DNA of 64,000 nucleotides from assembly GCF_964194025.1 (NCBI RefSeq), contig NC_134470.1:42284001-42348000 (forward strand), written 5' to 3'. The DNA comes from Convolutriloba macropyga (Eukaryota). The notes under the pieces are model-generated. The model searched no databases. It worked only from the letters and a program-made list of their open reading frames with translations, and was not told the origin of the DNA. Below are positions 1 to 13,246 of the stretch, one piece after another. The number at the start of each line of letters is the position of its first letter. Within the stretch, counting starts at the first letter, position 1. Position numbers and translations under genes: made by a program.

Positions 1-52
1 CTACAAAAAAAAGTTTAAAATGCCAACTGTTTTGATGTTATTTCGTGGTTAG

Positions 53-601
53 ATATATCCCAATTTCTTAGCGAAAGGATACTGGGGCTAGTACTAAAAC
101 CAAGCGCCTTAGAGATGTTAAATATGTCTTAAAAAACAAAATTCATGTAAGGGATATGTAAATTTGGGCTGTATGGTTTTATGCCGTTTCTATTTCTGAT
201 TTCGTTCTGCTTTAAACTGATAGTTTAATAATTAAGTTCTGAATTACTCTGAAAGTTTGGTACGGATAATTACTTCTTTTCGAGCAAAAGCCTTTTTGAA
301 AAAAATATAATGCAAAGCAGCATAAAGCCGAAATAATATAGATCGCATTCAATGTAAAGAGTTTTTTAATTAACTTGTGGTAGCTGTACACCCGTAAACT
401 CTTTAGTTGTAACTGAATACTATTTGTGCAAATATATCCCAATTTCTTAGCGAAAGGATACTGGGGCTAGTACTAAAACCAAACGCCTTAGAGATGTTAA
501 ATATGTCTTAAAAAACAAAATTCATGTAAGGGATATGTAAATTTGGGCTGTATGGTTTTATGCCGTTTCTATTTCTGATTTCGTTCTGCTTTAAACTGAT
601 A
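53..601. repeat. 170-bp direct repeat pair (53-222 and 432-601)
   Basis: Near-identical copies offset by 379 bp. Confidence 0.9.
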
Positions 602-1639
602 CTTTTCGTTTTCAATTACACGACAAATCTTGAATAACAATCCACAACTTGAATCAATTAATAAGCTGGAAATTAAAATTTATACAACACCATCAAACTT
701 AGACAGTCAGCAAAGCCCATTATCCTAAATGCGCTAAAATGAACCAGGAATCCAAAACCAAAAAAATCTCCTTATTTTCAAACTAATATTTTTTTTACAA
801 AAATATGGTGTTTTAAAAATCACTTATCAAAAGACTCTATGAAAATATTGACTCTAAAAATCCTCAGATTTAGTACACGATAAAAAAAATCTTGCGGGCT
901 TCTAGGACAAGCAAAGCAAAAATGATCCAAAACTTAAAAAAATTTAATAATAATCAGAATACTTTTGAGAATCAGTGGCAACAAATTAAGAATACCACAC
1001 AACTGCAAATCGAAATCCTTAACAACAACATAAAACGAAACTTTTAAAGTCATAAAAACCTTTTAGAAGTTCTAAGGCTGACAAATTGCAATGTAACCAC
1101 AGATGAAAGCAAGATTCGCAAATTTAACCAAATTCTCGAAGTCTAAAGGTATTTCCTTAAGTAAAAATGTTAACTCAGAGTTATAGCAGTTAAAGCAATC
1201 AAAGTTTTACCGGAAGAAAAGGCCATTCAGACGGTTAATTCTGCAAATAGGCGAAAACACCACAAGAAAATCAACAAAAAAATATCAAGCAGTAAATTTA
1301 TTGTGCCATTAATTAAAATAAATGATAGAACCTCAAAAATACAAGTAACTGTTGCAAAAATCTGCTAATACTTGTTGAAAACAATATTTTTAACGAAATT
1401 TCTTAATATTCTTTATGTTATTGTCCTCAGAAACATTTTTGAGTTGTTAGAAGCCATTCGAGAATCCAGCCGTAGGATAGGCTACTGATTAACTGGTGTG
1501 TTTCACTTAAAACACACTAAAAATTACAAAAAATATTACATCATTTACATAAACAATTTATTTACGTTCAAAGGCGCTGACTTCGTCAAAATTCAGGAAT
1601 GACAAACCTACGGGCTGCAATAAAAAATTGGGTTATCTT

Positions 1640-2200
1640 TGAGCCAAGCAGAGGGCAAAAACAAAATTTTAAAAAAGCCGCTAAAAATTATAGAGAGAAT
1701 TTTCAAAACAGCTGCTGTGAGGCTAACATCTATTAACTACAAAAGTTTTAAGCTCTGAAAAGCTGCTCCCTTAAAATAAAGCAAGCCGAAAAAAAAAATA
1801 TAGAACTCGAAAAATTTAGCAAAAATTATTGAGAAGTTGTTGAAGGTTGTGGTGTTAATATCCTCCAAAAAATATCTGGGTCAAAAAAAGTAATCCTTTA
1901 ACCCAAAAAGAAGCCTGAAAACTGTTTCATTTTCCACTACAAGTAAAGAACAGCTAAAAAAATGTTTAAACAATTCACAAAACTTGAAAAAATCAGCAAA
2001 AATTAAATGAAACTGCTAAAACTATTGATTTCCAGATCATCAAAACAGTTCCTGTGATGTTAAAATTAATCCATTAACCCACATTCAAGCCTTAAAAACG
2101 TTTTTGCCTACAGATGTGGAAATAGCTGAAAAATGACCAAGCATTTAAAAAATCTTGTATAAAACTAGCGAAAAATGCTCTGGTTCTGATGCTAAAGTTG
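1640..2200. repeat. Diverged tandem array, about 170-bp period
   Basis: Recurring (t/c)agc(a/g)aaaa(a)t at about 1817, 1993 and 2165, and taatcc(t/a)ttaaccca..aagcct at about 1891 and 2067. Confidence 0.55.
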
Positions 2201-3549
2201 GAATAAACAACGAAAAGAAACCAAATACATTAGCATAAAAAACAATTCGTATATTATAATAGCCATATGAACTATGACCCACCTTTAAAATAACTAAAAT
2301 TAAGAAAAAAAGTAAGGGCTAATTGACAAAAACGAGGGAAAATTGATCCCAGAAATGCTGAAAAGATTCCGGGGTTTTATATAGGTTTTGCTGATTCGCT
2401 TGAGTTTATACGAAATACCAAATTCAGGGCTCAGAAACACCAAAACAGAGCTTTTCATCTGGATTTAGGCTTTACAGCAGTTTCAGCACATTAGGCACTT
2501 AAAAGTCCTGGAATACAATCCAAAGAATTGAATGAACCAATGGCTGCGAACTACTGCCCAGTCCAGCAGACCAACTGGACAATGTCAGTCAAACAGATAA
2601 AAATAGATTCTCAAATTCAGAAAAATAATAGCATTCAAAGTGTATATTTTTGCAATCAGCGTGTCGAACACCAAAATCTGCTAAAAAGCCTGGTTTCAAA
2701 AAATTTAAAACCAAAACTTTAACAAAAAAGGTCGTGCATAGACACACAACCAACCTCAAAATCATTGACTATCTGAGCTCGGAAAACTTGAAAGTGACAA
2801 AACACTCAAAAAACATGAAAAAACATAAAAAAGAGACTGATCACAAATTTGTCTTACTCCTCTTACTTATGTCTTCAAAATCAAATGTCTTTTTACTAAA
2901 TTCTGTATAGCATTGAGTTTGCATGTTAGTACAAATCTTGCTGCTCATAAAAGGTAAACAGAAACAAGAGCGACAAAAAACAAAATTTATCCTAGCAAAA
3001 ATTACACATATTTGCTCATGTTCACAACGCCAATGTCAACAAAAAATATTTTAAAAAAAAAACTTGAGAAATATGCAACAATCACCCAACATATTGGGGG
3101 TTTCAGTTTGTACTACCAAATTAAATAGCACAAAAACAGACAAAAAAGACTTGTGGCTCGTTAAAAATTTCTATGAACTTTGAAAGGCATTATTTCTATG
3201 CCCATCTAACAAAAATTTAAGAAATGACCTAAAAATGTGAAAAATTGAACTATTATGAGCGCAAGACTAAAAAAAATTAAGTTTTAACCTCGAATTTAGG
3301 CCTTCCCGGCAGGTTGAACAGTTCAAGTACTCGACAGATTACTAAAGCCAGCTTAGAGTTTCTAACAAAATTTAGTGCCTACTGAATGCTCAAAGTTTCG
3401 GAAACTCAAAGTCATAGAAAAAAGTGTAACCACATCTTACAAAGAAAAGATAGAGCTCTTTGATTGTAAAAAAAGAGCTTAATACAATCTAAATTCATTG
3501 GATTGTAAGAAAGTAACAGAGCTATAATAGCCGACTGGGAATCTGAGGC

Positions 3550-3771
3550 AGTTCCGATTATTCACTTATTTACAGACTAGTAACCCGTAAGGTTCTAAAG
3601 AAATGCTCATTGAATTAATGCTGTCCGGACTAAAAGAGAGTATTAAAAATTTTTCCCGATGTTAAGGACGAAAAGTCAAAGGGTCAGACCAAAAGCCAAT
3701 CAGACGAAAGTTCGGTAGTACAAATAAATTGCATAGGAAAGACCAAAGAGGACTTCGTTTGAGAGCAATTA
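3550..3771 (-). mobile_element. Partial HINE-like copy 7; its duplicate (about 4630-4720 + 11042-11174) was the LTR insertion target
   Basis: gactagt..aaggttctaaag, ggacgaaaagtcaaa and cttcgtttgagagcaatt. Confidence 0.65.
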
Positions 3772-4720
3772 AATGCATCAAGTTCTAAACCACTGTTAAG
3801 TATTTGGCCAAAATTTTGATACCCCAACAGGTTTTGGTTGTTATTTATACATATGACGCGTACTTATGTCTTCTCATTCAACGTACATTTGTATTCTAAT
3901 CAGCAACAAAATTTCGAAGGTAAACTTTTGATTTTCAACTAATTCTGATTCATAAAACAATGGAGGCAAATTGTAGGGTGGCTAAGTTAGGGCCACAAAC
4001 TCAATATCTTTTATATAGCATGTGTTTGTTCACCTTCTTTTAAAAACCATCTAGTAGCCCAACTTTAAGCCCTGGAAACAAATCATTGAGCCCTAAATTT
4101 TAAAAAAAACTTAACAATCGAAAAACAATTGAGAATAAAACTTGAGAAAAATGCAACAATCACCCAACATATTGGGGGTTTCAGTTTGTATTACCAAATT
4201 AAATAGCAGAAAAACAGACAAAAAATGAATTGTGGCTTGTTAAAAATTTCTATGAACTTTGAAAGGCATTATTTCTATGCCCATCTAGCAAAAATTTAAG
4301 AAATGACAAAAAATGTGAAAAATTGAACTATTATGAGCGCAAGACTACAAAAAATTAAGCTTTAACCTGGAATTTAGGCCTTCCCGGCAGGTTGAACAGT
4401 TCAAGTACTCGACAGAATACTAAAGCCAGCTTAGAGTTTCTAACAAAATTTAGTGCCTACTGAATGCTCAAAGTTTCGGAAACTCAACGTTATAGAAAAA
4501 TGTGTAACCACATCTTACAAATAAAAGATAGAGCTTTTTGATTGTAAGAAAAGAGCTTAATACAATCTAAATTCATTGGATTGTCAAAAAAAGTAACAGC
4601 GCTGTAATAGCCGACTGGGAATCTGAGGCAGTTCCGATTATTCACACATTTATAGACTAGTAACCCGTAAGGTTCTAAAGAAATGCTCATTGAATTAATG
4701 CTGTCCGGAATAAAAGAGAG

Positions 4721-5109
4721 TGTGATACCCAAGGATATCACCTTTGTTTTTTATTTGATGCAGTACTTTTTTATACGATGCCTTTAAATTAGTTCAATTT
4801 ATTGGCCCTTCATCAATTAGTTCACATTTGTTCATTTAGTATCTTATGATCAGTTCAAAACTTCCTTTCTTGGTTTCCCGTTTCGTGATCAGATATGTCT
4901 GATCACGAATTCTAGATTTTATTATAAGCACTTCAGTTCATTCTTTAAGTTTTGCAATTCAATATCAGTTGAACAATTCTCTTTGTACTCCCGCTCCGCG
5001 AGTTAGCACGAAATACGCAAGTCAGGATTTCGCTCCGCGAATCGCAATTTAAGCAATAGTAAACGCACCCGCATCTCGAGTAGCTACTCTTTTTTAATAG
5101 AGTTCGACA
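4721..5109 (+). repeat. 5' LTR (389 bp)
   Basis: tgtgatacccaagg...agttcgaca; about 93-94% identical to the 3' LTR by manual comparison. Confidence 0.97.
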
Positions 5110-6280
5110 TGGCGCAGTCAGCAGCTAAACGTACACCTCTCGGAATAGACGCTTTCTGGGATAAACATACATCCGACCCTCCTCTTCGCTGGAAGAAATG
5201 GAGAGTGCAATATAAATTGGCACAGTTGGCAAAAGAGAACATCATTCTCGATACACTACTTGGACCCAAACCCGAGATGGTGGACCTTCTCTTCGAACCA
5301 ATATACGAGGAAACTATAGCCGGCGCTTCCGCACAATCGGAGAGAGAGAGGAATGCTCGCAATGCGCAACAAAAGATGAATTGGCAAAACAAATGCCAAC
5401 GGCTAATTGAAATCGGTATAATGTGTGGCGACAAACCGTGGCCACTTGCGGATCGCAAAACCGTGTTTCTACTCTATCTAAGCATCGGGGTGGAAGGACG
5501 TCGCATTCTCAACTGCAAAAACCCGCATATCATAATTGATACCCTCACTACCGTAGACATCTGGAAGATCGTGGAAGAGGCATTCATCCGTCCTCGCAAC
5601 ATAACTTTTGACCGTCATGTTTTCCTAATTACGAAACAACTTCGGGGAGAAACAGTAGATCACTTCTACGGTAAACTGAAGGATTCGGCAGAGAACTGCG
5701 ATTTCGAAAAAAAGGAAGAGACTTTGATACGCAATGCCTTCATTACTAACCTAATGGACCCTGAATTTCAAAAGGAACTCCTCAAACAAACAGTTGAGCC
5801 GCGTCAGGCATCAGAGCTAGCAATTAACATGGAACTTGGGATGCGCAACCAACATCAAATGCAGTAGCATAACAAGATTGTCATCCCGGCTATTGTCAAC
5901 GCAGTCCAGTTCCCTAACAGCTCTCGAACCCCGAATTGGCAAAACTCGAATAATTTTCCAAGACAAAACAACCGCTCCACACTCTTTTGTTCAAACTGTG
6001 GAGGAATTTGGCTTCCAAATAATCGTGATAAATGTATCGCAAATGGTAAAACCTGCAACAATTGTTGACTTTTAAATCATTTTGCGAAAGTTTTCAGAAA
6101 ACAAAAGAACGCTAAGCCACAAAATTTCAAGAAAAAGATGGTAAAAACTGTGGAAGAACCGCACCCCGAGGATTCAGTGAATTTCCTACAAACAGTTAAG
6201 CTCTACGAATCGGACTAGAGTAGCGGGGAGGATAATACGGTTGCGGTGATCGAGAATGCAGTAGAGAAAATCCCATCAGA
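5109..6280 (+). pseudogene. gag: gag of the LTR element (premature stops)
   Basis: 252-aa ORF (RHVFLITKQLRGETVDHFYGKLKDSAENCDF). After a TAG the frame continues into CSNCGG..CIANGKTCNNC*LLNHFAKV knuckles. Confidence 0.9.
5110..5124 (+). promoter_or_regulatory. Primer binding site, tRNA-Ser type
   Basis: TGGCGCAGTCAGCAG lies immediately after the 5' LTR and is complementary to a ..GACTGCGCCA tRNA-Ser 3' end. Confidence 0.8.
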
Positions 6281-6319
6281 ACTTGATTCAAAAGTACTAA
6301 ATAAAGCCTTTCACAAGAA

Positions 6320-7620
6320 CAAAGTTAGACGTATTCCAATTAACTTACAAGAAAAAGTCAATAACTAACTTAAGAAATTGCTAGACAAAAAACATATAAT
6401 AAATCTTTCAGGTTGCCCTGATAAAAATTTCATATCACTAATAGTGGTCACCGTAAAGAAAGATCAAACGATAAAGCTTGCACTTGATTCAAAAGTACTA
6501 AATAAAGCCTTTCACAAGAAAAAGTATCAGATGCCAAATATTGATACGCTTATCGAATCCATTTCTCAACATTTTAGTGCTTTCGTGTTGCAAAACACAA
6601 CATATTTTTCTATACTAGAGTTGAAATACGCATACAGCCGATTAAATTTGGACACTAACACGGCAAATCATTGTAACGTTAACATAATTAGTGGTGATAT
6701 GACCGGTACTTGCAAATTTCAAACAGGATTTTACGGGCTCACGGATATGCCAGCAGAGTTTCAAAAAGCTATGGACTATACCCTAATTCGTCTAAAGAAT
6801 ACCTATTGTTTTAAGACGACATTTTGATCGTAAGCAAGAGTCTCTGGAAGAACACAAATGCTATGTCATGAACTGCTTTAAACAATTAGATGATAAAAAT
6901 CTTGGGGTAAAACTACCTAAATGTCACTTTGGAAAGTTAGAAATCGATTGGCTAGGGTATCATATTTCCCATTTGGGTATCTCGCCCCTCGAATGCGAAA
7001 CATCAGCGATTTTAGCCCTTGAAGCTCCGAAAACTCCAAAGAAACTCCGTTCTTTTCTGGGGTTGGTTCATTACATTGGTAAATTTTTTGCAAACCTTGC
7101 TCAAATTAGTCATCCCCTCCGCCCTTTGCTGAAAAAGACTTCAAATTTCATCTGCACAGAGGAACAGGAAAACTGCTTTATTGAAATAAAGAATCGCATC
7201 GCGAACGCAACTGCAAATAGTCACTATAACCGGCAAATCGAAACACGCGTAAAATGTGATGCGTCTCGTTCCGGTCACGGAGCGGCACTTGAACAGCTGA
7301 CATTTGATGGGTGGAAGCCAATTGCATTTACGTCTCGTTTTTTAAATCCTTGCGAAGAACGTTATAGCGTAGATGAACTTGAACTACTCGGAGTAGTTTG
7401 GTCTATTGAGTATTTTAAAAATCTTTACTGAAAAATTTTTACAGTTATTACGGATCATCGAGCTCTTCTGTCTATCATGAAAGAAAATAGATCGAATAAT
7501 TCATACAACAGTAGATTAACTCGCTGGATCGATCGTTTACTTCCATTTCAATTTGATATTGAAAATCTCCCAGGTGCGATAATGTGTTTAGTTGACTACA
7601 TTTCTAGACAGCCGTATCAA
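6320..7620 (+). pseudogene. pol: pol: reverse transcriptase and RNase H (frameshifted)
   Basis: RRIPINLQEKV, LALDSKVLNK, GFYGLTDMPAEFQ, frameshifted F-x-DD at about 6810-6825, DASRSG..GAALEQ, ELELLGVVW and TDHRAL. Confidence 0.93.
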
Positions 7621-8479
7621 AAAGTCAAAAAAAGTCTCTGCGTATGACAAGGATTTTATTGTAGCCAAATTAAAATTAATTTCTGCATCTATTAATTCAT
7701 TGGAATTAAACAAAACAAAACTGTATCTCATTTACACCAATTATTAAAAGCAGACGATCCCGCTTCGCAAATCACACCTAATATTTAGGCCAACAATAAG
7801 GCGATCAACTTAATTAGCACATATGCAGCACGAGTACACAAACATGGTTATTACAATTCCCCTGCTCCGCGAAAGTTAGCCTCAAATACTAATTGTAATT
7901 TAAACAATATAAAATATATAGGTCCTGCGTCAAAAATACAACTTAACACTTCTCTCGCTAGGCGAAATACATATAAGTGTAAACAATTATTCCAAAATCA
8001 GAATGAATGAGCTCTCGCGCCGCGCGAGACTCGAATTACTCAATTTCAAATCTTGTCAATTAGGAGACATTCCTCAAATATCTTTAAAAGTCACCACCCA
8101 CAAATAAAATCAGTGCTTTTTGCCTTGAATAATATTACAAATCAGTCGCTCACTCACAATTCAAAAAATTTATTGTTATCTAAACCTTCCTCTGAAATAA
8201 ACTATATAAGCAAGAACAGTAACAATGTGCCTTCTAAAAAGCGCATCACTCTTGTTCGCTTTAACGACGCCTCCCGCACAGCAAATCAGCAAACCTCAAA
8301 TCAGAATACAACTCGCCGCGCAAGTCAGCGATCAAATTGGCCAGGCAATACCCGCACCACAAGTCAGCGATTAAATTCGCCCAACAATACCCGCGCTGCA
8401 AGTCCCTACAAATAACAACACCGACATCTCCGGCTGCCTAATGTCAGTTCCCCTCTTACGCCCAGCCCACATGTACCAA

Positions 8480-9340
8480 CATTCGACTACATTGTGTCAA
8501 AGATTTTTTTATAAGTCTCTCATTGCGTCGTTAACAAGCAAGGACGCTGTGTTAAAGGAGGTACGGGACTGCATATTAACGAATAATGAAAGCCACCTTA
8601 AAGCTCTAAACCCGTATATTCATTCCTATTGGAGAGATCTCCATGTACGCTCTGGCTGTGTGTGTACAGATGAAAAAGTTGTTATTCCAAATGTCCTGCG
8701 AGAAGCATTGATTGATGACATACAATCCAGCCATCCGGGCACATGGTGTGTGATATGCATGGCCACGCGTTGCTGGTGGCCATACATGAACCGCGAGCTC
8801 ATTGTAAAAGCTGCAGAGTGCAATCCCTGCACAGTGATTGGTAAGAACCTTAAATCTGTTATTCCCGCTAAGCAATTCCATCCCCATATACCGTGTGTTG
8901 AACCAAATCAAGAAATCCAAATCGACTTTAGAGGTCCAATTCTTGACCAATTCTATATACCCTACTGCATGTATTTATGACGAAGCAAACGGACCGAATG
9001 TTCTAAAATTTTTGGACATGTATATTGAAAATCACGGAATTCCACGATCTATTAGAATGGACCAGGCAAAAAGTTTGGTTGGAAATCAAGTCAAGACCTT
9101 CTGTAACAAAAATAATATTGATATAATTGAAGCTCCAGTAAACGATCATCGCGCTATTGGACTGGTAGAAAGACTCATCCGAACGATTAAAAATAGTCTT
9201 GCGTATATCAAAGAGGAAAAATCGTCTACTAACGCCCTTCATGTAAAGCATGCATTAAAGATAATAATACACCAATTGCTAATATGTGAGCAGAAAACAA
9301 CAAAGACCTCGCCATTTCAGAAGAAAACATAATACCCCTC
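8480..9340 (+). pseudogene. pol: pol: integrase (Zn-binding region and partly deleted core)
   Basis: HPG..C..C zinc-binding region, IQIDF, IRMDQA and GLVERLIRTIK. Confidence 0.9.
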
Positions 9341-10650
9341 TGAGCGTGATATCAACCAAGCCTAAATTGTCTAATCTCACATATGAAAGCATTGTAAACT
9401 AATATTTAGCTGAAGACACAGTGATGCCAGAGGAAATACTCCCCGATGACAAGTGGGTGAATGGCTACGGCGTGACATCGAAGTCGGGATTGGAATGTCA
9501 CGCGCGTCACAAGAAGCTAAAAACAGAGAGAGGGTAAGCACGGATGGCGAATCTCGGTTTTTACGGACAAAGGCCATTCGAGCAATTCCTCTGAAGGAGC
9601 GAGCGGATGAATTGAATTTAGCAAAGAAAATTCATGGCAAACGGCGCTCTAAGAGGAACTTAGAGGGATTTTAAGAGGTACTTGCTCCTAGATCTCACAT
9701 CCTCAAAGTTAGCCCGACAACCTCCACAATTAAAGAGCCTGGAAAACCCGTAGTGACAGCCAGAAATAGTGATATCGCTAAATTCGGGACACAACTGGAG
9801 CGGCAAAATCCATTAAAAGCATACGCGCACCGTAGAGGACCAAGATCTGGGGAAAAATTGTTGGAGGAGATGATCCAAAGCCATATTAAAAAATACATGA
9901 AGAAGCAAAAAAGTGACAAGAAGATGAAGCACCGCAAACGTAACCCGGGCAGCGGGGTCTCCTCTTCAAAGTCTAACATCTCACGCGCGATGCGAGGGGG
10001 ATTCCGAAAATCCCCAACTTTCTTGCTATTCGAAACCAGCATCAATAAGCGAGCGCTGTTTCGCATAGCGAACAACCTACAACTTCGTGCGCAACTACAT
10101 CCGACGCAAAAAAACAGAAAGATTGTGGGATAGAAATCGTCGCAGCCCTTCCTATTACGGCTTCAAAAAAAATTCATCTCCTGATTCGGCGATCGCAGCA
10201 CCTCCCAAACGTCCACGCAGAGCGGGTGACGTTGAGAATTACCAGCCTTCACCTGAGTCAATTGTTGATACGGTTCAACACATTGCAGACCAGCAGCCGG
10301 CCGAGATCAACATCTCTTCACGGATAGGAGAAGTTTCGCCACCCGCCCCGCGAGATCCATCACTTTTGGATATCGATACCCCGACGCTGGTACGCTCCAT
10401 GACAGTGTTTGAAGCTGAAGGTCATGATTTGGACGAGTGGCAAGAATAGAAATTGAACTCTCATACAAACTGATTTAATTACAAACTTAAATTTAATTTA
10501 ATAGTATCTATTTTCTAGCTATGATAACCAGTACATATATTGTTACTATTTATTTAACCGGGGACCAAGTATTAATTTGTAAATATTGTTATTATTTTAT
10601 ACATACGAAAATTGTTATTGTCACAATTTTCTTTGTCGATCCAAGGTGTA

Positions 10651-11041
10651 TGTGATACCCAAGGATATAATCCTTTGTTAATTATTTGATGCAGTACATT
10701 TTTATACGATGCCTTTAAATTAGTTCAATTTTTTTTGCCCTTCATCATTTAGGTCATATTTGTTCATTTAGTATCTTATGATCAGTTCAAAACTTCCTTT
10801 CCTGGTTTCCCGCTTCGTGATCAGACATGTCTGATCACGCACTCTAGATTTGCTTATAAGCACTTCAGTTCATTCTTTAAGTTTTGCAATTCAATATCAG
10901 TTGAACAATTCTCTTTGTACTCCCGCTCCGCGAGTAAGCACGAACTACGCAAGTCAGGATTTCGCTCCGGGAATCGCAATTTAAGCAATAGTAAACGCAC
11001 CCGCAACGCGAGTAGCTACTCTATTTTAATAGAGTACGACA
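10651..11041 (+). repeat. 3' LTR (391 bp)
   Basis: tgtgatacccaagg...agtacgaca, followed by the TSD gagag. Confidence 0.97.
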
Positions 11042-12229
11042 GAGAGTATTAAATTTTTTCCCGTTGTTAAGTACGAAAAGTCAAACGGTCAGACCAAAAA
11101 CCAATCAGACGAAAGTTCGGTAGTACAAATAAATTGCATAGGAAAGGCCAACAGGACTTCGTTTGAGAGCAATTAAATGCATCAAGTTCTAAACCACTGT
11201 TAAATATTTGGCCGAGATTTTGATACCCCAACAGGTTTTTGGTTGTTATTTATGCGTATAACGCGCACTTATGTCTTCTCATTCAGCGTACATTTGTATT
11301 CTAATCAGCAACAAAATTTTTGAGGTAAACTCCTGATTTTCAACTAATTCAGATTCACAAAACAATGGAGCAAATTGTAGGATGGCTAGGTTAGGGCCGC
11401 AAACTCAATATCTTTTATATAGAATGTTTGTTCACTTTCTTTTCGTAGCAAATATCTCAAAATTGGTTTCAAGTTCTGTTGCCTTCAGCTTCCGGCACCT
11501 GATTATCCATAACCCAGGGTTCTTTGAAAACTGAGGGCTTCCCAATATTGTGAACTAATCTTCAGTTATTTGGTATAAACTCACGTGAAGCAGCAAAACC
11601 TATATAAAACACGGATCTTTTCGACATTTCCGGGATCTTTTCTGACCAAATTTCCGGGATCTTTTTAACAATTGCCCTCTCCCCTTTGCAAAAAAGGGGG
11701 CTATTCTTGAATAGAATTTAAGCGACCAATTTATTAATCAAACATAGCCCGCAGATTGCCGGAAAATAGCCGTCGCTGACGCCCTTGATGCACATCGGGA
11801 TTGAAACCGAAAAAAAAGATGAATTTTTTTTCATTGTCAAAAAAAGTTCTTATTCGGCGTGCAATTTCAGTTGGATTCTAAAACTATAGTTAATTCAGCT
11901 TCTAAACTGAAAGCTAATAAGCTTAATACCAATGTCAGTTAGCTAACACTCCAATGAACTTTGATAACTTAAATCTCAATGACTTAATGACCTGGCTTTA
12001 TCGGTTTATCCCGCCTCTTTTGATTTTGCTCTTTTGACTTTGACCGCATTCATTATATTGCGTAATTCAATGCAAGAAAGAATTTAAAATACATTCAGTT
12101 GAAACAGTTAGTGAAGTAAGTCAGAAGTCAAACGTGAATATCGTGAATTATGTAAAACGAAAAACGTGATCAAAAGGTAAAGCGAACTAAGAAAAACATA
12201 GCAGGACAACTCCTGACGTACAACTCAAA

Positions 12230-12548
12230 AAATTTTTATTGGCTAAAGAAAAAAAAACCAGACCCAGAACGGACTATGGGTGAATTGGGAAAACCATTTC
12301 CGAAAAAACATCAAAAATTTTTTTAAAAAAAGCAGCAAATCAATGTCAAAATGCCACATGTGAACAAAAAACCGCTAGCGAGAAGGAGAATTTTGGTTCA
12401 AACAGAAAACTAGGCCTGAATGGACTGTGAATGGATATGGGAAACCATTTAGAAAACAATCCAATCCAAAAAAACAGCAAAAATCGAACTGAAATTGCCG
12501 CATGTGAACAAAAAACCACTAACGAGAAAGCAAATTTTTGTTAAAACA
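12230..12548. repeat. Two diverged tandem units of about 145 bp
   Basis: tgcc(a/g)catgtgaacaaaaaacc repeated at about 12352 and 12496; ggact..ggaaaccattt is also repeated. Confidence 0.65.
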
Positions 12549-13246
12549 CCATTTTCTCATTCTACTTTAAAATTAGAGACAAAAAACTTGCGCGCCGCAA
12601 AACCACTTGCTTTTTCGCTCCACTTCCTGTTTCGGCGTGACCAAAATCACTACTCCAATTTGACTTCAAAAATCAAAAAAACGGGTGAAAAATTCTTTGA
12701 ACTTTAAAAAAGGAGAGCGCCTAAATAATAGCAATTTGAGAAGCTGACGGCGGCTATTAATCAGAGACGACTAATAACTTTCCACGAATGCGCATACTAT
12801 GTTAAACTGAATAGAATAAAGTACGTTATGCTATGTTAATTAGCCCAATTGGAAGACAAAATTTCCCTCAGGCGGTTCGGTGGGCGCGCTTCGCCGCGAT
12901 AGCCGACCCGCGATTTCCGGATTGCATCCCACAGTGCATGAGAGGCATGGCCGTGAACAGCGGCCCGCAATTTTGCCTAAACTGATATTCGGCTATCTAA
13001 ACTGTAGGACGAGTAATATTGTTTTAAAGTATAGCACAAAAAGGTGGAGGAGATTCTCTACTAGGTACCCAAGGGGCAATTGTTGAAAAGATCCAATTTC
13101 CGGCCCTAACTAGATTTTCGTTCTTAGTTTTTTAAAAGAAAATTTTGGAAAAGAAATCAAGATCAAGAATGTGTAGGTTCCTAGATTGGACTGCAGTGTT
13201 ATTTGCACAGTGAAAAAGGTTGCGAGAAAACGATCTAATGTAAATA

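Larger units (their letters stand above)
4721..11041 (+). mobile_element. Ty3/Gypsy LTR retrotransposon (Mag-like), degenerate, protease region deleted
   Basis: TG..CA LTRs and 5-bp TSD GAGAG (4716-4720 / 11042-11046); the empty site is visible in the paralogous copy at 3636-3640. Domain order is gag-RT-RH-INT, with a double Zn-knuckle in gag and several stops and frameshifts. Confidence 0.97.
3060..11443. repeat. About 1-kb local duplication: 3060-4042 vs 4138-4720 + 11042-11443 (second copy split by the LTR element)
   Basis: Colinear alignment on both sides of the LTR insertion. Confidence 0.92.

Noticed and set aside
5084-10075. Antisense ORFs within the LTR element and SLC26 exons
   Set aside because: Shadow frames of the coding strand with no independent motifs.
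12862-12980. GC-rich island as a structured ncRNA
   Set aside because: No recognisable RNA family motif; cannot be supported without a covariance search.
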